Positions 53,541 through 62,616 of a stretch of 64,000 nucleotides of DNA are shown here, piece after piece. A model generated the notes under the pieces. The model searched no databases and was not told where the DNA came from. It saw nothing but the letters and a program-made list of their open reading frames with translations. Position 1 is the stretch's first letter; each line of letters starts with the position of its first letter. The DNA is taken from positions 385,807 to 449,806 of the forward strand of contig OZ243929.1 in the NCBI GenBank assembly GCA_965213995.1. Direction: 5' to 3'. The translations under genes and the position numbers were made by a program. This DNA comes from Gammaproteobacteria bacterium. GTDB lineage: Bacteria > Pseudomonadota > Gammaproteobacteria > Steroidobacterales > Foliamicaceae.

Positions 53541-54443
53541 TCACGCACTTCCCGTTTCTATCAAGCGCTCAAGTTCGCGAACGATCACGATCGCCGACTG
53601 CGCCTTAGCGGATGGAATTTTCTGCTTGCTCTTGAGCCGCTTCCTAAGCCTCTCCAAAGCTTGCCGAGCCGAAGCGTCGTTCGTGCTCTCTTGAAATGTC
53701 CTCAAGAAATCCCGCCAATACACTGTGCTGATGCCGCATAGAGGTATGCCGTCAAGCTTTTGCTTGTATTCATCCATAAGCCCGGTCCGGGCAAGCCGTC
53801 CAAAATTGCCGCCGCCGTCCTGAGCGGGCTTGTCCAGAATCTGGTCTGATTTGCTTGGGTATGGAGCAACGCCCTCGGCAACAGTTATCCTGGTGTCTTG
53901 CCGGGTCCTGCGAACTCTCTGCCAGAAGTAGTTGCGATAATCCGCCGCGAACTTCGCAGATTCAACAAACGGTTCGAACAGCACAGGAGAGCCGCTAATG
54001 ACGTTGCCCAAGACCCAAGGGACAACGACAACTAGGTCTTGCTTGGCGCATGCTGCCGCAGTGGTCTGGAATCTCAGGCTGGGCTCCGCTTCCTTGGCTA
54101 GCAAATACCAGCCTTTGAGCTCAATGCCAAGCAAAATTTCTCCACTTGCCGCGCTGCGCAATAGCACATCCGGGAAGGTTTGGGCCTGCCTGGCAAAATT
54201 GAATAGCGCGTACTGATCCTGCGGGTCCCAAGTGTTGCGCGACAGATTCAAGGTGCGAACCACCTGCTCCTCGATCGTGGCCCCAAGAACTGTGTTCAGA
54301 GTATGAAGATCTGTAGCCATCACACCCGATATGTTTGTTTCCGTCCGGAAATATATGGGAAGGCTGCTGATCGCCTCCCGAACACCCTGATAGAGTTGGA
54401 AATGTTCCCAATCCCTACTTGGAATCCTGCGTTCAGGCTCCAT
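53541..54443 (-). CDS. Probable type II restriction endonuclease (PD-(D/E)xK candidate) paired with the upstream methyltransferase
   Basis: 300-aa ORF directly downstream (14-nt gap) of a DNA MTase, in a visibly lower-G+C patch. Candidate catalytic motif TFPDVLL...(13 aa)...GIELKGWY. No family recognised by eye. Confidence 0.5.
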   Translation of the reverse strand: MEPERRIPSRDWEHFQLYQGVREAISSLPIYFRTETNISGVMATDLHTLNTVLGATIEEQVVRTLNLSRNTWDPQDQYALFNFARQAQTFPDVLLRSAASGEILLGIELKGWYLLAKEAEPSLRFQTTAAACAKQDLVVVVPWVLGNVISGSPVLFEPFVESAKFAADYRNYFWQRVRRTRQDTRITVAEGVAPYPSKSDQILDKPAQDGGGNFGRLARTGLMDEYKQKLDGIPLCGISTVYWRDFLRTFQESTNDASARQALERLRKRLKSKQKIPSAKAQSAIVIVRELERLIETGSA

Positions 54444-54457
54444 GATGCTGCTTCCGG

Positions 54458-55615
54458 TTAAAGAGACCGCAGCCTATCAACTGCGGCGCTGAAGAACTCT
54501 GGATTCATCTCGGCGCCAAAATATCTTCGATCTAGATGGTAAGAAACGACAGCGCCGGGACATAAGCCGCCAAAAGGCTCCCATACCACGTCACCATTTT
54601 CCGTCGACGCCTTGACGATCATCTCGATAAAACGCAACGGCTTCTGGCTGCCATGCAAGCTGCGAAATTTATAGCGCATCCCGCTTCGATGCCCTTGGAT
54701 GCGCTCGGAACCGCCTACTTGAGGCGCACGCCAGACATTCGTGATTCCGACATCGCAGGAAAACTTGGCTCGCATTCTCGCCCATTCATCACCCGCTATC
54801 GGACGCCGTCCATTCATGCTGAAATAGGGCCGCCCCCGAGGGTTGCCGCGTTCATTGGCAAATAAAGCCAGCCGCACGAATGCATCAACAGGCGGGTAGT
54901 ACCAATGATGGTCCGCCGTCAGGTACTTTCTTGTTGCTGCGTTGGCCACGCCGCAAGCTTCGTTTGCCAGCCTGAAAGGAAGGCCGGTGCGCTTCCACTC
55001 GCTGCGGAGCCATTCCTGCATGGTCAGCAAAGCCCCGTTGGACTCAAAGCGCGGCGGCTTCACGTAATGCGCGCAAACCTCCGTGACCACTGGAAATTTC
55101 CGAAGTGTTTGAGTATTGGCATTGCCCGCGACATGGCTTAAACCCTTGTCCCAGATATTGCAGCACCGGTATTCCCAGCCAAATTCCATCAGCAAAGGGT
55201 GAATGTTCGCCCACCCAACCTCAGTGCTCCAAAACCAGAGCGTTGTTTCAGCGGTGGAACGGCTGCTCCAAGCTCTGATATGCGGCAGATACCAATCCGC
55301 CAAGGAGGTGGCGGTAGGCATGTCGCCCGGAAATCCGTTAACGCCGTACGGACCATCGGCGACAATGCATGTTGGTTCAGGCCAAGCAGCGTAGCACCGC
55401 TCCGCCAAATCAAAATGAATGGTTGATTGCCGCCGCGCGTATTTCTGTCCTTGGGTCATTTCGGACGGCCCCGACGCTGGGCGGGAAATCAGTTGAGTCT
55501 GTAGCAATTCCGCATCCTTGCTCGCATGGCGATCGATGGTTGCAATCATACCCCCCTTTGCCCGCCATTTAATCTTTGTTCTTTGCGCTCTCTTGTTTGC
55601 CTTGCGGTCGCGCAT
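54458..55615 (-). CDS. DNA methyltransferase, beta-class N4/N6 type (motif IV before motif I)
   Basis: CIVADGPYGVNGFPGD (DPPY-type motif IV variant DGPY) and C-terminal VWEPFGGLCPGAVVSYHLDRRYFGAEMNPEF (AdoMet motif I). The start codon is uncertain (several in-frame Met). Confidence 0.8.
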   Translation of the reverse strand: MRDRKANKRAQRTKIKWRAKGGMIATIDRHASKDAELLQTQLISRPASGPSEMTQGQKYARRQSTIHFDLAERCYAAWPEPTCIVADGPYGVNGFPGDMPTATSLADWYLPHIRAWSSRSTAETTLWFWSTEVGWANIHPLLMEFGWEYRCCNIWDKGLSHVAGNANTQTLRKFPVVTEVCAHYVKPPRFESNGALLTMQEWLRSEWKRTGLPFRLANEACGVANAATRKYLTADHHWYYPPVDAFVRLALFANERGNPRGRPYFSMNGRRPIAGDEWARMRAKFSCDVGITNVWRAPQVGGSERIQGHRSGMRYKFRSLHGSQKPLRFIEMIVKASTENGDVVWEPFGGLCPGAVVSYHLDRRYFGAEMNPEFFSAAVDRLRSL

Positions 55616-55714
55616 GGCCAGAGCAAGGCATTGAAGAGCACTGCCGACATGTTGGCGAATGCGTTGTGGCGGCTTTGGGGGCTTGCCTGCGAAATCCGCC
55701 GCTAAAACGGAGGG

Positions 55715-56662
55715 TCAGGCGCGTTGGGCGAAGTGTTGGGCCAGGGCGGCGAACCGGCGCTTGAGCGAACGCTCGGACATGGGAGCAGGCAGATTATCGA
55801 AGCTATGCGGCGCGCCCGGAACGATTTCAAGGTCCACCGCCACCCCGCTTTCGCGCAGGCGGCGGGCGTATTCGAGCGATTCCCCGTGGAACAGATCTTC
55901 GTCGCCGATGCAGAGATAGGCAGGCGGAAGCCCTTGCAACTGATTGGCCCTAGCCGGAGATGCGAACGGCGACACGCTGCCGGACGGATCGTTCGGCCCC
56001 AGATAGCAATCCCAAGCGAAGCGGTTTTTCTCGTGGTCCCATAGGAAGCATTCCCTCGCTTCACCAGCGGCAGGCGCCACGTTGCGGTGGTCGAGCATCG
56101 GATAGATCAGGCACTGATAACGGATGGCGCCCGATCGCTGCTCGCGGGCGCGCAAAGCCAGCGCCGCCGCCAGTCCGCCGCCGGCGCTGGCCCCTCCGAG
56201 CGCCAGCGATCCTGTGTCGATGCGGAGCCCGCCCGAATGCTCAAGCATCCAGCCCAAGGCCGCGTCGCAATCGTCGAGGCCCGCAGGCCAAGGATGCTCG
56301 GGGGCCAATCGGTAATCCGGCGCAACAACCAAGCAGCCAAGTTCGTGGGCCATGCGGCACAGCTGCAACTCGTCCATTTCCGGCGAACCCAGAATATAGC
56401 CGCCGCCATGGATCCACAGCAGGCCGGGGCGCATTCCCGAATCCTTCGAGCGCGCGTACAGCCTCAGGCGCAATTTGCCGCCGCCGCGCGGCCGGTCGAT
56501 GAACTCGTCGGACACATCGATATGATCGAATCCCTCAAGCTCATCCGCCGCCTGCTTCGATAGCCTGTTCAGTTCCCGCCGGACGGCGGCAAGATTCTCC
56601 CGGGTCAACTCCAGCGCCGGAAATTGATCGAGAAAAGGCAGCAGTTCCGGGGCGATGCCCAC
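55715..56662 (-). CDS. Alpha/beta hydrolase, hormone-sensitive-lipase-like esterase family
   Basis: LWIHGGGYILGS (HGGG oxyanion motif), the GGASAGGGLAAA nucleophile elbow (GxSxG), and a C-terminal His region (PGAPHSFD). Confidence 0.85.
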   Translation of the reverse strand: MGIAPELLPFLDQFPALELTRENLAAVRRELNRLSKQAADELEGFDHIDVSDEFIDRPRGGGKLRLRLYARSKDSGMRPGLLWIHGGGYILGSPEMDELQLCRMAHELGCLVVAPDYRLAPEHPWPAGLDDCDAALGWMLEHSGGLRIDTGSLALGGASAGGGLAAALALRAREQRSGAIRYQCLIYPMLDHRNVAPAAGEARECFLWDHEKNRFAWDCYLGPNDPSGSVSPFASPARANQLQGLPPAYLCIGDEDLFHGESLEYARRLRESGVAVDLEIVPGAPHSFDNLPAPMSERSLKRRFAALAQHFAQRA

Positions 56663-56664
56663 AT

Positions 56665-58134
56665 TCAGCCTCTAGCCGCTCCGGCGGGCAGCGGATTCAC
56701 CCGCATCTTGACGTGTTTCGGTTCAAGGAAGGCATCCAGGCCCTCAGGCCCCAGCTCGCGCCCGAAACCGCTGAGCTTCCAGCCGCCGAAGGGCGCCTGC
56801 AGTTCCGAGGTATCGGACACGTTGATGCCCACCGCGCCGAATTCCAGGCGGTCGGCCAGCGCCCAAGCCCGCTCCAGGTTCTCGGAGTACACATAAGCAG
56901 CGAGGCCGAACCGCAGGCTGTTCGACACCTCCAGCAGCTCATCAAGCGAGCCGCACTGCCTGATCGCGGCCACCGGCCCGTAGGTTTCCTCGGTCATCGG
57001 CAGGCTGTCCAGCGGCGCATCGTCGAGCAGCGTCGGCTGGAAGAACAATCCCCGCCCCAACCTGCCGGAAGTTTCAGGGCGGCCGCCTGCGATCACCTTG
57101 GCGCCCTTGCCCGTCGCGTCGTCAATATGCCGCTGCGAGCGCTCGATAACGGCGGATGTTGTGACCGGGCCGTAGAGGGCGCCCGGATCAAGGCCGGACG
57201 CCAATTCGATTTTCCGCGTTTCCTCAACCAGCGCGTCCACGAACGGCGCATGCACCTCAGGGTGAGTGAGGATGCGGTTGACGGTGATGCATATCTGCCC
57301 CATGTTGGAGAATGACCGGCGCATGGCGGCCTTGGCCGCCGATTCGATATCCGCATCCGGCAGAACGATAAACGGCGCGTGGCCGCCCAGTTCCAGCGAC
57401 AGGCGCTTCAGGTTCCCGGCGGCATTGCGCATGATGTCCTGGCCGGCCGGGACCGAAGCCGTGGCGGAAACGCAGGCAATGCCGGGATGCCTGGCCAATG
57501 CGGCGCCGGCTGCGGGACCGGTCCCCGGCACGTTGGCCAATACGCCGGCGGGCGCGCCGGCCTCGCAAAAGCACTCCAGAACCGCCTGGATCGCAAACGG
57601 CGTCTCATGCGGAGGCTTGACCACGACGGGGCATCCGGCGGCCAAGGCCGGAGCGACCTTCCAGCAATACAGGTCCACGGGGTAGTTCCAAGGCACGATA
57701 GCCCCCGCCACGCCCACCGGGAAATATCCCACCACGTTCTTGATATTCGGCAGCGAGGACGGGCGCAGCGTGCCGAACCGCCGCCGGCCCTCCTCCGCGT
57801 AGTAGCGAACCACCCGGGTTCCGAAGCGGATCTCCTTTCGGCTGTCGCGAAGCGGCTTGCCCTGCTCCCTGGTCAGCAGCACGGCGATTTCATCCAACCG
57901 CGCGTCGATAAGGTCCGCCGCCCGGCGAAGGATGGCGGCGCGCTCATCGGGGCGGGTTTGCGACCAGCCAAGCCGCGCCTTCAGCGCATGCCCGACGGCC
58001 CGGTCAACATCCTTGGCGCTTGCCAGCGCGCAGCGCCCGACCAGGCTCCCGTCGGCCGGGTTCTTTACCTCGTGCCATTCATCCGATGCCGGGGCGCGGG
58101 AAGCCCCGCCGTAAAAGAGCGCGCACTCAAGCAT
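56665..58134 (-). CDS. NAD(P)-dependent aldehyde dehydrogenase
   Basis: VGVAGAIVPWNYP, LELGGHAP, the catalytic-Cys region (FSNMGQICITVNRIL), and EETYGPV. Start chosen at MLECALFYGG (58134). Confidence 0.9.
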   Translation of the reverse strand: MLECALFYGGASRAPASDEWHEVKNPADGSLVGRCALASAKDVDRAVGHALKARLGWSQTRPDERAAILRRAADLIDARLDEIAVLLTREQGKPLRDSRKEIRFGTRVVRYYAEEGRRRFGTLRPSSLPNIKNVVGYFPVGVAGAIVPWNYPVDLYCWKVAPALAAGCPVVVKPPHETPFAIQAVLECFCEAGAPAGVLANVPGTGPAAGAALARHPGIACVSATASVPAGQDIMRNAAGNLKRLSLELGGHAPFIVLPDADIESAAKAAMRRSFSNMGQICITVNRILTHPEVHAPFVDALVEETRKIELASGLDPGALYGPVTTSAVIERSQRHIDDATGKGAKVIAGGRPETSGRLGRGLFFQPTLLDDAPLDSLPMTEETYGPVAAIRQCGSLDELLEVSNSLRFGLAAYVYSENLERAWALADRLEFGAVGINVSDTSELQAPFGGWKLSGFGRELGPEGLDAFLEPKHVKMRVNPLPAGAARG

Positions 58135-58145
58135 GGGAGCGAAGA

Positions 58146-58910
58146 TTACCGGCTGGACAGGCGCCGCCACAACTCGGCGTAGTTGAGATCGTTCTGCCGG
58201 TTGGCCCGGGCCTTGTCCGTCGTGTTGGGGCTCACCATCACCATGGGCTCGCATCCCCGCGCCGCCAGCTTTTCCGCGGTGGCGGCGTTGATGGCCTGCC
58301 CCACGGCAATCGCCACGCTGGTGGAAGTGGCGCCCACGCTGTCTTCCAGCCCGTCAACCGAAATGCCGGCATCGCCCAGCGGCGCGCCGGTGTCGATGGC
58401 GATATCGGCCGCCTCGAACAGGCGCTTGCCGGAGGAGTGCCGGGACGGCACTTGCGATGAATGCGGAATGCTGGTGACGCCGATCACGGTCATCCCGATT
58501 TCCTTCGCTCCCAGCGCAATGTCCATGGTGACCGCGTTGATGCCTGAATGCGAGAAGATCAGCATGGAATCATCCGGACCGGTCTGGTGCGAGGACAGGA
58601 TGGCCTTGCCATAGCCCTCTTGCGCGTGGATAAACCGGTACTGCCGCGCCCCCATGTCGCCAAGCACCCGGTGAAAGGAGATCATGGTGCTCTCCACGAT
58701 CGGCCGGAAACCCACCACAGTGCCGGTGCGAGGAAACATCTCCAGCGCCGCGAACGAGCCGTGGCCGGTGCCGAAAGTGAACACCAGCTTGCCCTTGCCA
58801 ATGCTATCGGCGCAGACTTCCGCCGCGCTCCCGATTTGAGCCTCCTGATTGTCGAATACCAGCGCGAGCTTCTCGTCAAGCAGCCGGCGGTATTGCTGAA
58901 CGATGCTCAT
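58146..58910 (-). CDS. SIS (sugar isomerase) domain protein, UPF0309-like
   Basis: 254 aa. KLVFTFGTGHGSFAALEMF... and ...MLIFSHSGINAVTMD, typical of SIS phosphosugar-binding folds. 4-nt overlap with the upstream MFS gene. Confidence 0.75.
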   Translation of the reverse strand: MSIVQQYRRLLDEKLALVFDNQEAQIGSAAEVCADSIGKGKLVFTFGTGHGSFAALEMFPRTGTVVGFRPIVESTMISFHRVLGDMGARQYRFIHAQEGYGKAILSSHQTGPDDSMLIFSHSGINAVTMDIALGAKEIGMTVIGVTSIPHSSQVPSRHSSGKRLFEAADIAIDTGAPLGDAGISVDGLEDSVGATSTSVAIAVGQAINAATAEKLAARGCEPMVMVSPNTTDKARANRQNDLNYAELWRRLSSR

Positions 58911-60064
58911 GCCCTTGCCTGAGCGGCGGGCGGCCCGCCGCTGCGGGCGCCCGGCCGCAGCGTGGCAAGAATCATGATCGCGCTAAGCGCCAGCACGGCC
59001 GCCGCGACCAAGATGAGCAGGCGGTATCCTCCGGCATCCGCGGCGGCGCCGCCCAGCCAAGGGCCCATCGCCGAGCCGATCCCCTGCGCCGCGGCAATCA
59101 GCACCACGAACCGGCTTTTGCTGTCCAGCGCCGCGATGTTCCCCATCTGATAAGGCAGCACGAACCCCACGGCGAATCCGAGGCCCGCAACGGCAACCGC
59201 ATAGATTCGGAAATCCGCCAACTTCATCAAAGCGAGCATCGAAATCAGCATCATCAGCATCCCGGCCAGCAGCGGGATCAACCGGCCGGCGCGCATGCCC
59301 AGCAGCGTGGCGACCACCGAACCCAATGCCGAGGCAAGCAGGTTCGACGCAATGACGGGACTGATTGTCGAGGCATCGTAGCCCGCGCTCACGCCAATGC
59401 GTTCGGCAAACGCCCATACCGCCGCGAACGCGAACCCCGTGCCCAGAATGCCCAGCAGGGCCAGCGCAAGCGGCCGCGAAGGTCTTCCCAAGGCTTCCCC
59501 TTGGCCTTGCTCAGCGGCAGCGCCCTCCCCCGGCAGCAGCAAAGCCGATAACGCCAGAACCAAAATAAGAACGCCGAGAAAATAACTGGCCCCGGCCAAG
59601 CCGTGCTGCTCGACGAAGAACCGCCCCACAACGTAACTGACCAGTGCCAGCGCCGAATACGACACCACAATGCCAATGGCGAAACTCCGCTCCGGGTTGC
59701 CGCTTGCGCTGAATATCCGATAAGCGATGGTCCACAACGCGCCCATCATCAGGCCGATCGCGAGCACGGCCGCCAAGCTGGCGGGATAGTTGCCGCCAGC
59801 GCGCGCCAAAGCGAGCAAAGCGGCGACCACGACCCCTGCGGCGACCAGGCTTAGAGCGCGCCAGTTGAAGCGGCGCGCCCACCAAAGGGCCGTTAGCGAA
59901 GCAGCGGAGAAGCCCGCCAGATAAACCGTTCCCAGCGACCCCGCCTGCGCTTGGCTGAATCCTCCCGACGAGATATTCAGCCCGACGAAAAACGGCAGGA
60001 AAGCCCAGAACAGCCCCCCGATCGTGTAAATGCCCAAGGCACCGACTAAGCTGCGGTTGATCAT
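58907..60064 (-). CDS. MFS transporter
   Basis: 385 aa with about 12 hydrophobic segments and a Gly/Ala/Leu-rich composition typical of the major facilitator superfamily. Confidence 0.8.
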   Translation of the reverse strand: MINRSLVGALGIYTIGGLFWAFLPFFVGLNISSGGFSQAQAGSLGTVYLAGFSAASLTALWWARRFNWRALSLVAAGVVVAALLALARAGGNYPASLAAVLAIGLMMGALWTIAYRIFSASGNPERSFAIGIVVSYSALALVSYVVGRFFVEQHGLAGASYFLGVLILVLALSALLLPGEGAAAEQGQGEALGRPSRPLALALLGILGTGFAFAAVWAFAERIGVSAGYDASTISPVIASNLLASALGSVVATLLGMRAGRLIPLLAGMLMMLISMLALMKLADFRIYAVAVAGLGFAVGFVLPYQMGNIAALDSKSRFVVLIAAAQGIGSAMGPWLGGAAADAGGYRLLILVAAAVLALSAIMILATLRPGARSGGPPAAQARA

Positions 60065-60088
60065 TACCCAGCGCCCCGCGCCATCTAA

Positions 60089-60194
60089 AGCCCGGAGCTT
60101 GCCCGCGCCTCGCGGGAGCGTCGGCGGCAGAAGCCGCCGCCGAGCCCCAAGGATGGGTTCATGCGTCTCCCGCGAGGCGCGGGCAAGCTCCGGG
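60089..60194. repeat. Structured intergenic repeat, copy 2 (between the TonB-dependent receptor stop and the MFS start)
   Basis: Left arm gcccggagcttgcccgcgcctcgcgggag (60089-60117) is perfectly complementary to right arm ctcccgcgaggcgcgggcaagctccgggc (60166-60194). The core at 60118-60165 differs from copy 1 at two positions. Confidence 0.75.
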
Positions 60195-60208
60195 CGAGGG
60201 ACAGCACC

Positions 60209-62524
60209 CTAGAAATTGCGGGTCACCTCAAGGCCGAACGTTCTGGGATAGCTATAGTTGCCGGCCGCAATATAAAAGCCGAACCCAAGCACTTCATAGG
60301 CTTCGGTCAGGTATTGCTCGTCCGTGAGATTGCGCACCCAGAAAGCCGCATCCCACTTGTCGTCGGCCGACCGCAGCGCAAGCCGCATATCCACATCGAT
60401 ATGCGCTCGGGTGAAGAGCGCCGGCGAAGCGCGCAAATCCCTCGGAATATCGTCCTCCCAGTAGAAATCCAACTGGCCGATAAAGCGCCATCCATCATTG
60501 ACAGGCCATACCGCGGTGGCGGACGAATTAACGCTTAGCTCGGGCGCGTTGGGAATCCGGTTGCCGCTGAGATCGGTCAGCGTTGATCCGAATACCGGGG
60601 CATTATCGGGATAGGAACTGCCGACGCCGGCGCCGGCAATGGAGGTAACGAGGTTGCCGTATTCGCTGTCGATGTAGGCCGCGCCAAAGCTCAGCTCCAG
60701 CCAGTCCGAGGCAAGCGTGCGAAGCTGCACTTCGGCGCCCTGCATCCTCGAGTCGTCGGCATTGATCAGGAAATTAGCCGAAATCATGCTTAATGGCTCG
60801 ACGGCCACCACTTGGGGGTCGGTCGCGGCGTAGTAGTAGAGCGCCGCTTCAATGTTGGCGCGCCCGCCGGCCAATGTTGATTTCAGGCCCGCCTCGTAGG
60901 CCGTCAGCGATTCCGATTTTGTCGGCGCCAGATTCTCGACGGCATCCAGAAACTGGCTATTGAAGGTTCCGGCGTTGAAGCCCCGCGAGACGCTGGCGTA
61001 TATCAGGGTATCGTTATCCACGCTCCAATCCAGCGCCAACCGAAGCGAATAGTCGCTGTCCGAAAACGAATTGCTGGCCCCGGCCCGCAGTTCCGCAGCC
61101 GCGAAAGCTCCGGTTGTGCGGTAATGGAAATCGCGCCGGACATCCGACCAGCGGCCGCCGGCGGTGAACGCAAGGTTGGCGGCCACCGGGTACTCGACTT
61201 GTCCGAACACGCCCAAGGTGTCGGTTTCCAGCGTCGAGTAGTCCTGCCGGCCGCCGGAATCGAAGGACGGATCGCCTTCCAGTTCGTCGGTCGAAAAATA
61301 AACCCCGGCCAGCCACTGCATCCCCCCGCCCGAATTGGATGCAAGCCGCAGTTCCTGCGAAAACTGCGAAACATCGGATTGGCGAACATCGTCGAGCGCC
61401 GTGGTCGGCCCCGCGTCCTCATCAAGCATATCTTCACGCTCGAAGTCGTCCCAGCCGGTCACCGCGGCCAGGGCCATGCCGGCGAAATCCCAGTTCAGTT
61501 CGGCGGAAACGCCGCTCGACCGGTAGTTATGGCTGCCGATCGCGTTCTGGTTGATGGTGTAAGGGTCGCCGTCGGCATCGTTGAAGGTATCGCCGCTCAC
61601 GAAGGGGTCCCGCGCCAAGCAGCGAACAGCCGCGGCTTCAAAATCCCCCCGCGCATACTCGGGGCAGATCTGATCGGGAATGCCGTCGCCATCCGTGTCC
61701 TGCCCCGCCGGAATCAGCGCAAAAGGCCAGACATCGGAGTTATCGCGCCCGGCGTGAACGCGCACCAGCAACTCCGCATCGTCGCCGAGGCGGAACAAAA
61801 GGGAGCCGCGCGCCTTGAATTGATCGACTTCGCCGCCGTCATCCTGGCCCGGATACACGTTGGCAAGGGGGCTGTCGGTTTGGCGGAGCATCTTGACGGC
61901 AAAGCGGCCGGCGGCCGCATCGGATAGCGGGCCGCCGTAAGCCGCCTCGATCGAGGCCCTCGAGTAGCGGCCGAACCCCGCGCTGGCGTAGCCGCCGGGC
62001 TCGAAGGCGGGCCGCTTGGAAATAAGATTAATCGCCCCGGCGATGGTGTTGCGCCCGTATATGGTTCCTTGGGGCCCCTTCAGCACTTCCATGCGTTCCA
62101 GATCGAGCAAGCGAAACGCCTGCATGGGCGGTTGCGAAACATAGATGCCGTCGGCGTACACGCCCGTGGACTGCGGCAGCGTTTCGATGAATCCGTCGGT
62201 GTTCACGCCGCGTATCGCGATCAGCGGGTAGCCGAACTCGCCGAAGGGGGTTTGCACGTTGAGGCCCGGGGAGTATTTTCCCACTTCGATCAGGGACAGC
62301 GCGCCGGCCTCGCGCAGCCGGTCGCCGCTGATCACATCCACCGCAATGCCCACATCGGCGAGCGTTTCCTCCCGCTTTTGCGCGGTCACGACGATTTCCT
62401 CAAGAACCGCTGCCGATTGCCGCGCAAGCACGGTATCCGCAAACACCAGCTGCGACGCGAAGGCGGTCAGAACGAACAGCTTCTTTCCCATGACGAATCC
62501 TCTAGATGGAATGGTTTGCCGCAT
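60209..62524 (-). CDS. TonB-dependent outer-membrane receptor
   Basis: 771 aa. Signal peptide; plug (LEEIVVTAQKREETLADVGIAVDVISGDRL, ..IRGV.., MERMEVLKGPQGTIYGRNTIAGAINLISK); C-terminal ..TFGLEVTRNF. Confidence 0.9.
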   Translation of the reverse strand: MRQTIPSRGFVMGKKLFVLTAFASQLVFADTVLARQSAAVLEEIVVTAQKREETLADVGIAVDVISGDRLREAGALSLIEVGKYSPGLNVQTPFGEFGYPLIAIRGVNTDGFIETLPQSTGVYADGIYVSQPPMQAFRLLDLERMEVLKGPQGTIYGRNTIAGAINLISKRPAFEPGGYASAGFGRYSRASIEAAYGGPLSDAAAGRFAVKMLRQTDSPLANVYPGQDDGGEVDQFKARGSLLFRLGDDAELLVRVHAGRDNSDVWPFALIPAGQDTDGDGIPDQICPEYARGDFEAAAVRCLARDPFVSGDTFNDADGDPYTINQNAIGSHNYRSSGVSAELNWDFAGMALAAVTGWDDFEREDMLDEDAGPTTALDDVRQSDVSQFSQELRLASNSGGGMQWLAGVYFSTDELEGDPSFDSGGRQDYSTLETDTLGVFGQVEYPVAANLAFTAGGRWSDVRRDFHYRTTGAFAAAELRAGASNSFSDSDYSLRLALDWSVDNDTLIYASVSRGFNAGTFNSQFLDAVENLAPTKSESLTAYEAGLKSTLAGGRANIEAALYYYAATDPQVVAVEPLSMISANFLINADDSRMQGAEVQLRTLASDWLELSFGAAYIDSEYGNLVTSIAGAGVGSSYPDNAPVFGSTLTDLSGNRIPNAPELSVNSSATAVWPVNDGWRFIGQLDFYWEDDIPRDLRASPALFTRAHIDVDMRLALRSADDKWDAAFWVRNLTDEQYLTEAYEVLGFGFYIAAGNYSYPRTFGLEVTRNF

Positions 62525-62577
62525 TTCCCTGAAAACAGGGAACAGGCAACGACATCAGCCAAAATATAGCCATTCAG

Positions 62578-62589
62578 TTGACTAGTCAA
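62578..62589. promoter_or_regulatory. Perfect 12-bp palindrome TTGACTAGTCAA, candidate HutC/GntR operator in the divergent promoter region
   Basis: Lies 28 nt upstream of the GntR ATG (62617) and 54 nt from the divergently transcribed receptor start (62524). In context AGTTGACTAGTCAAGT it has the same geometry as DasR/NagR-type sites (ACTGGTCTAGACCACT, from memory). Confidence 0.45.
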
Positions 62590-62616
62590 GTACTCATCTG
62601 GAAAATCTTGGGTAAC

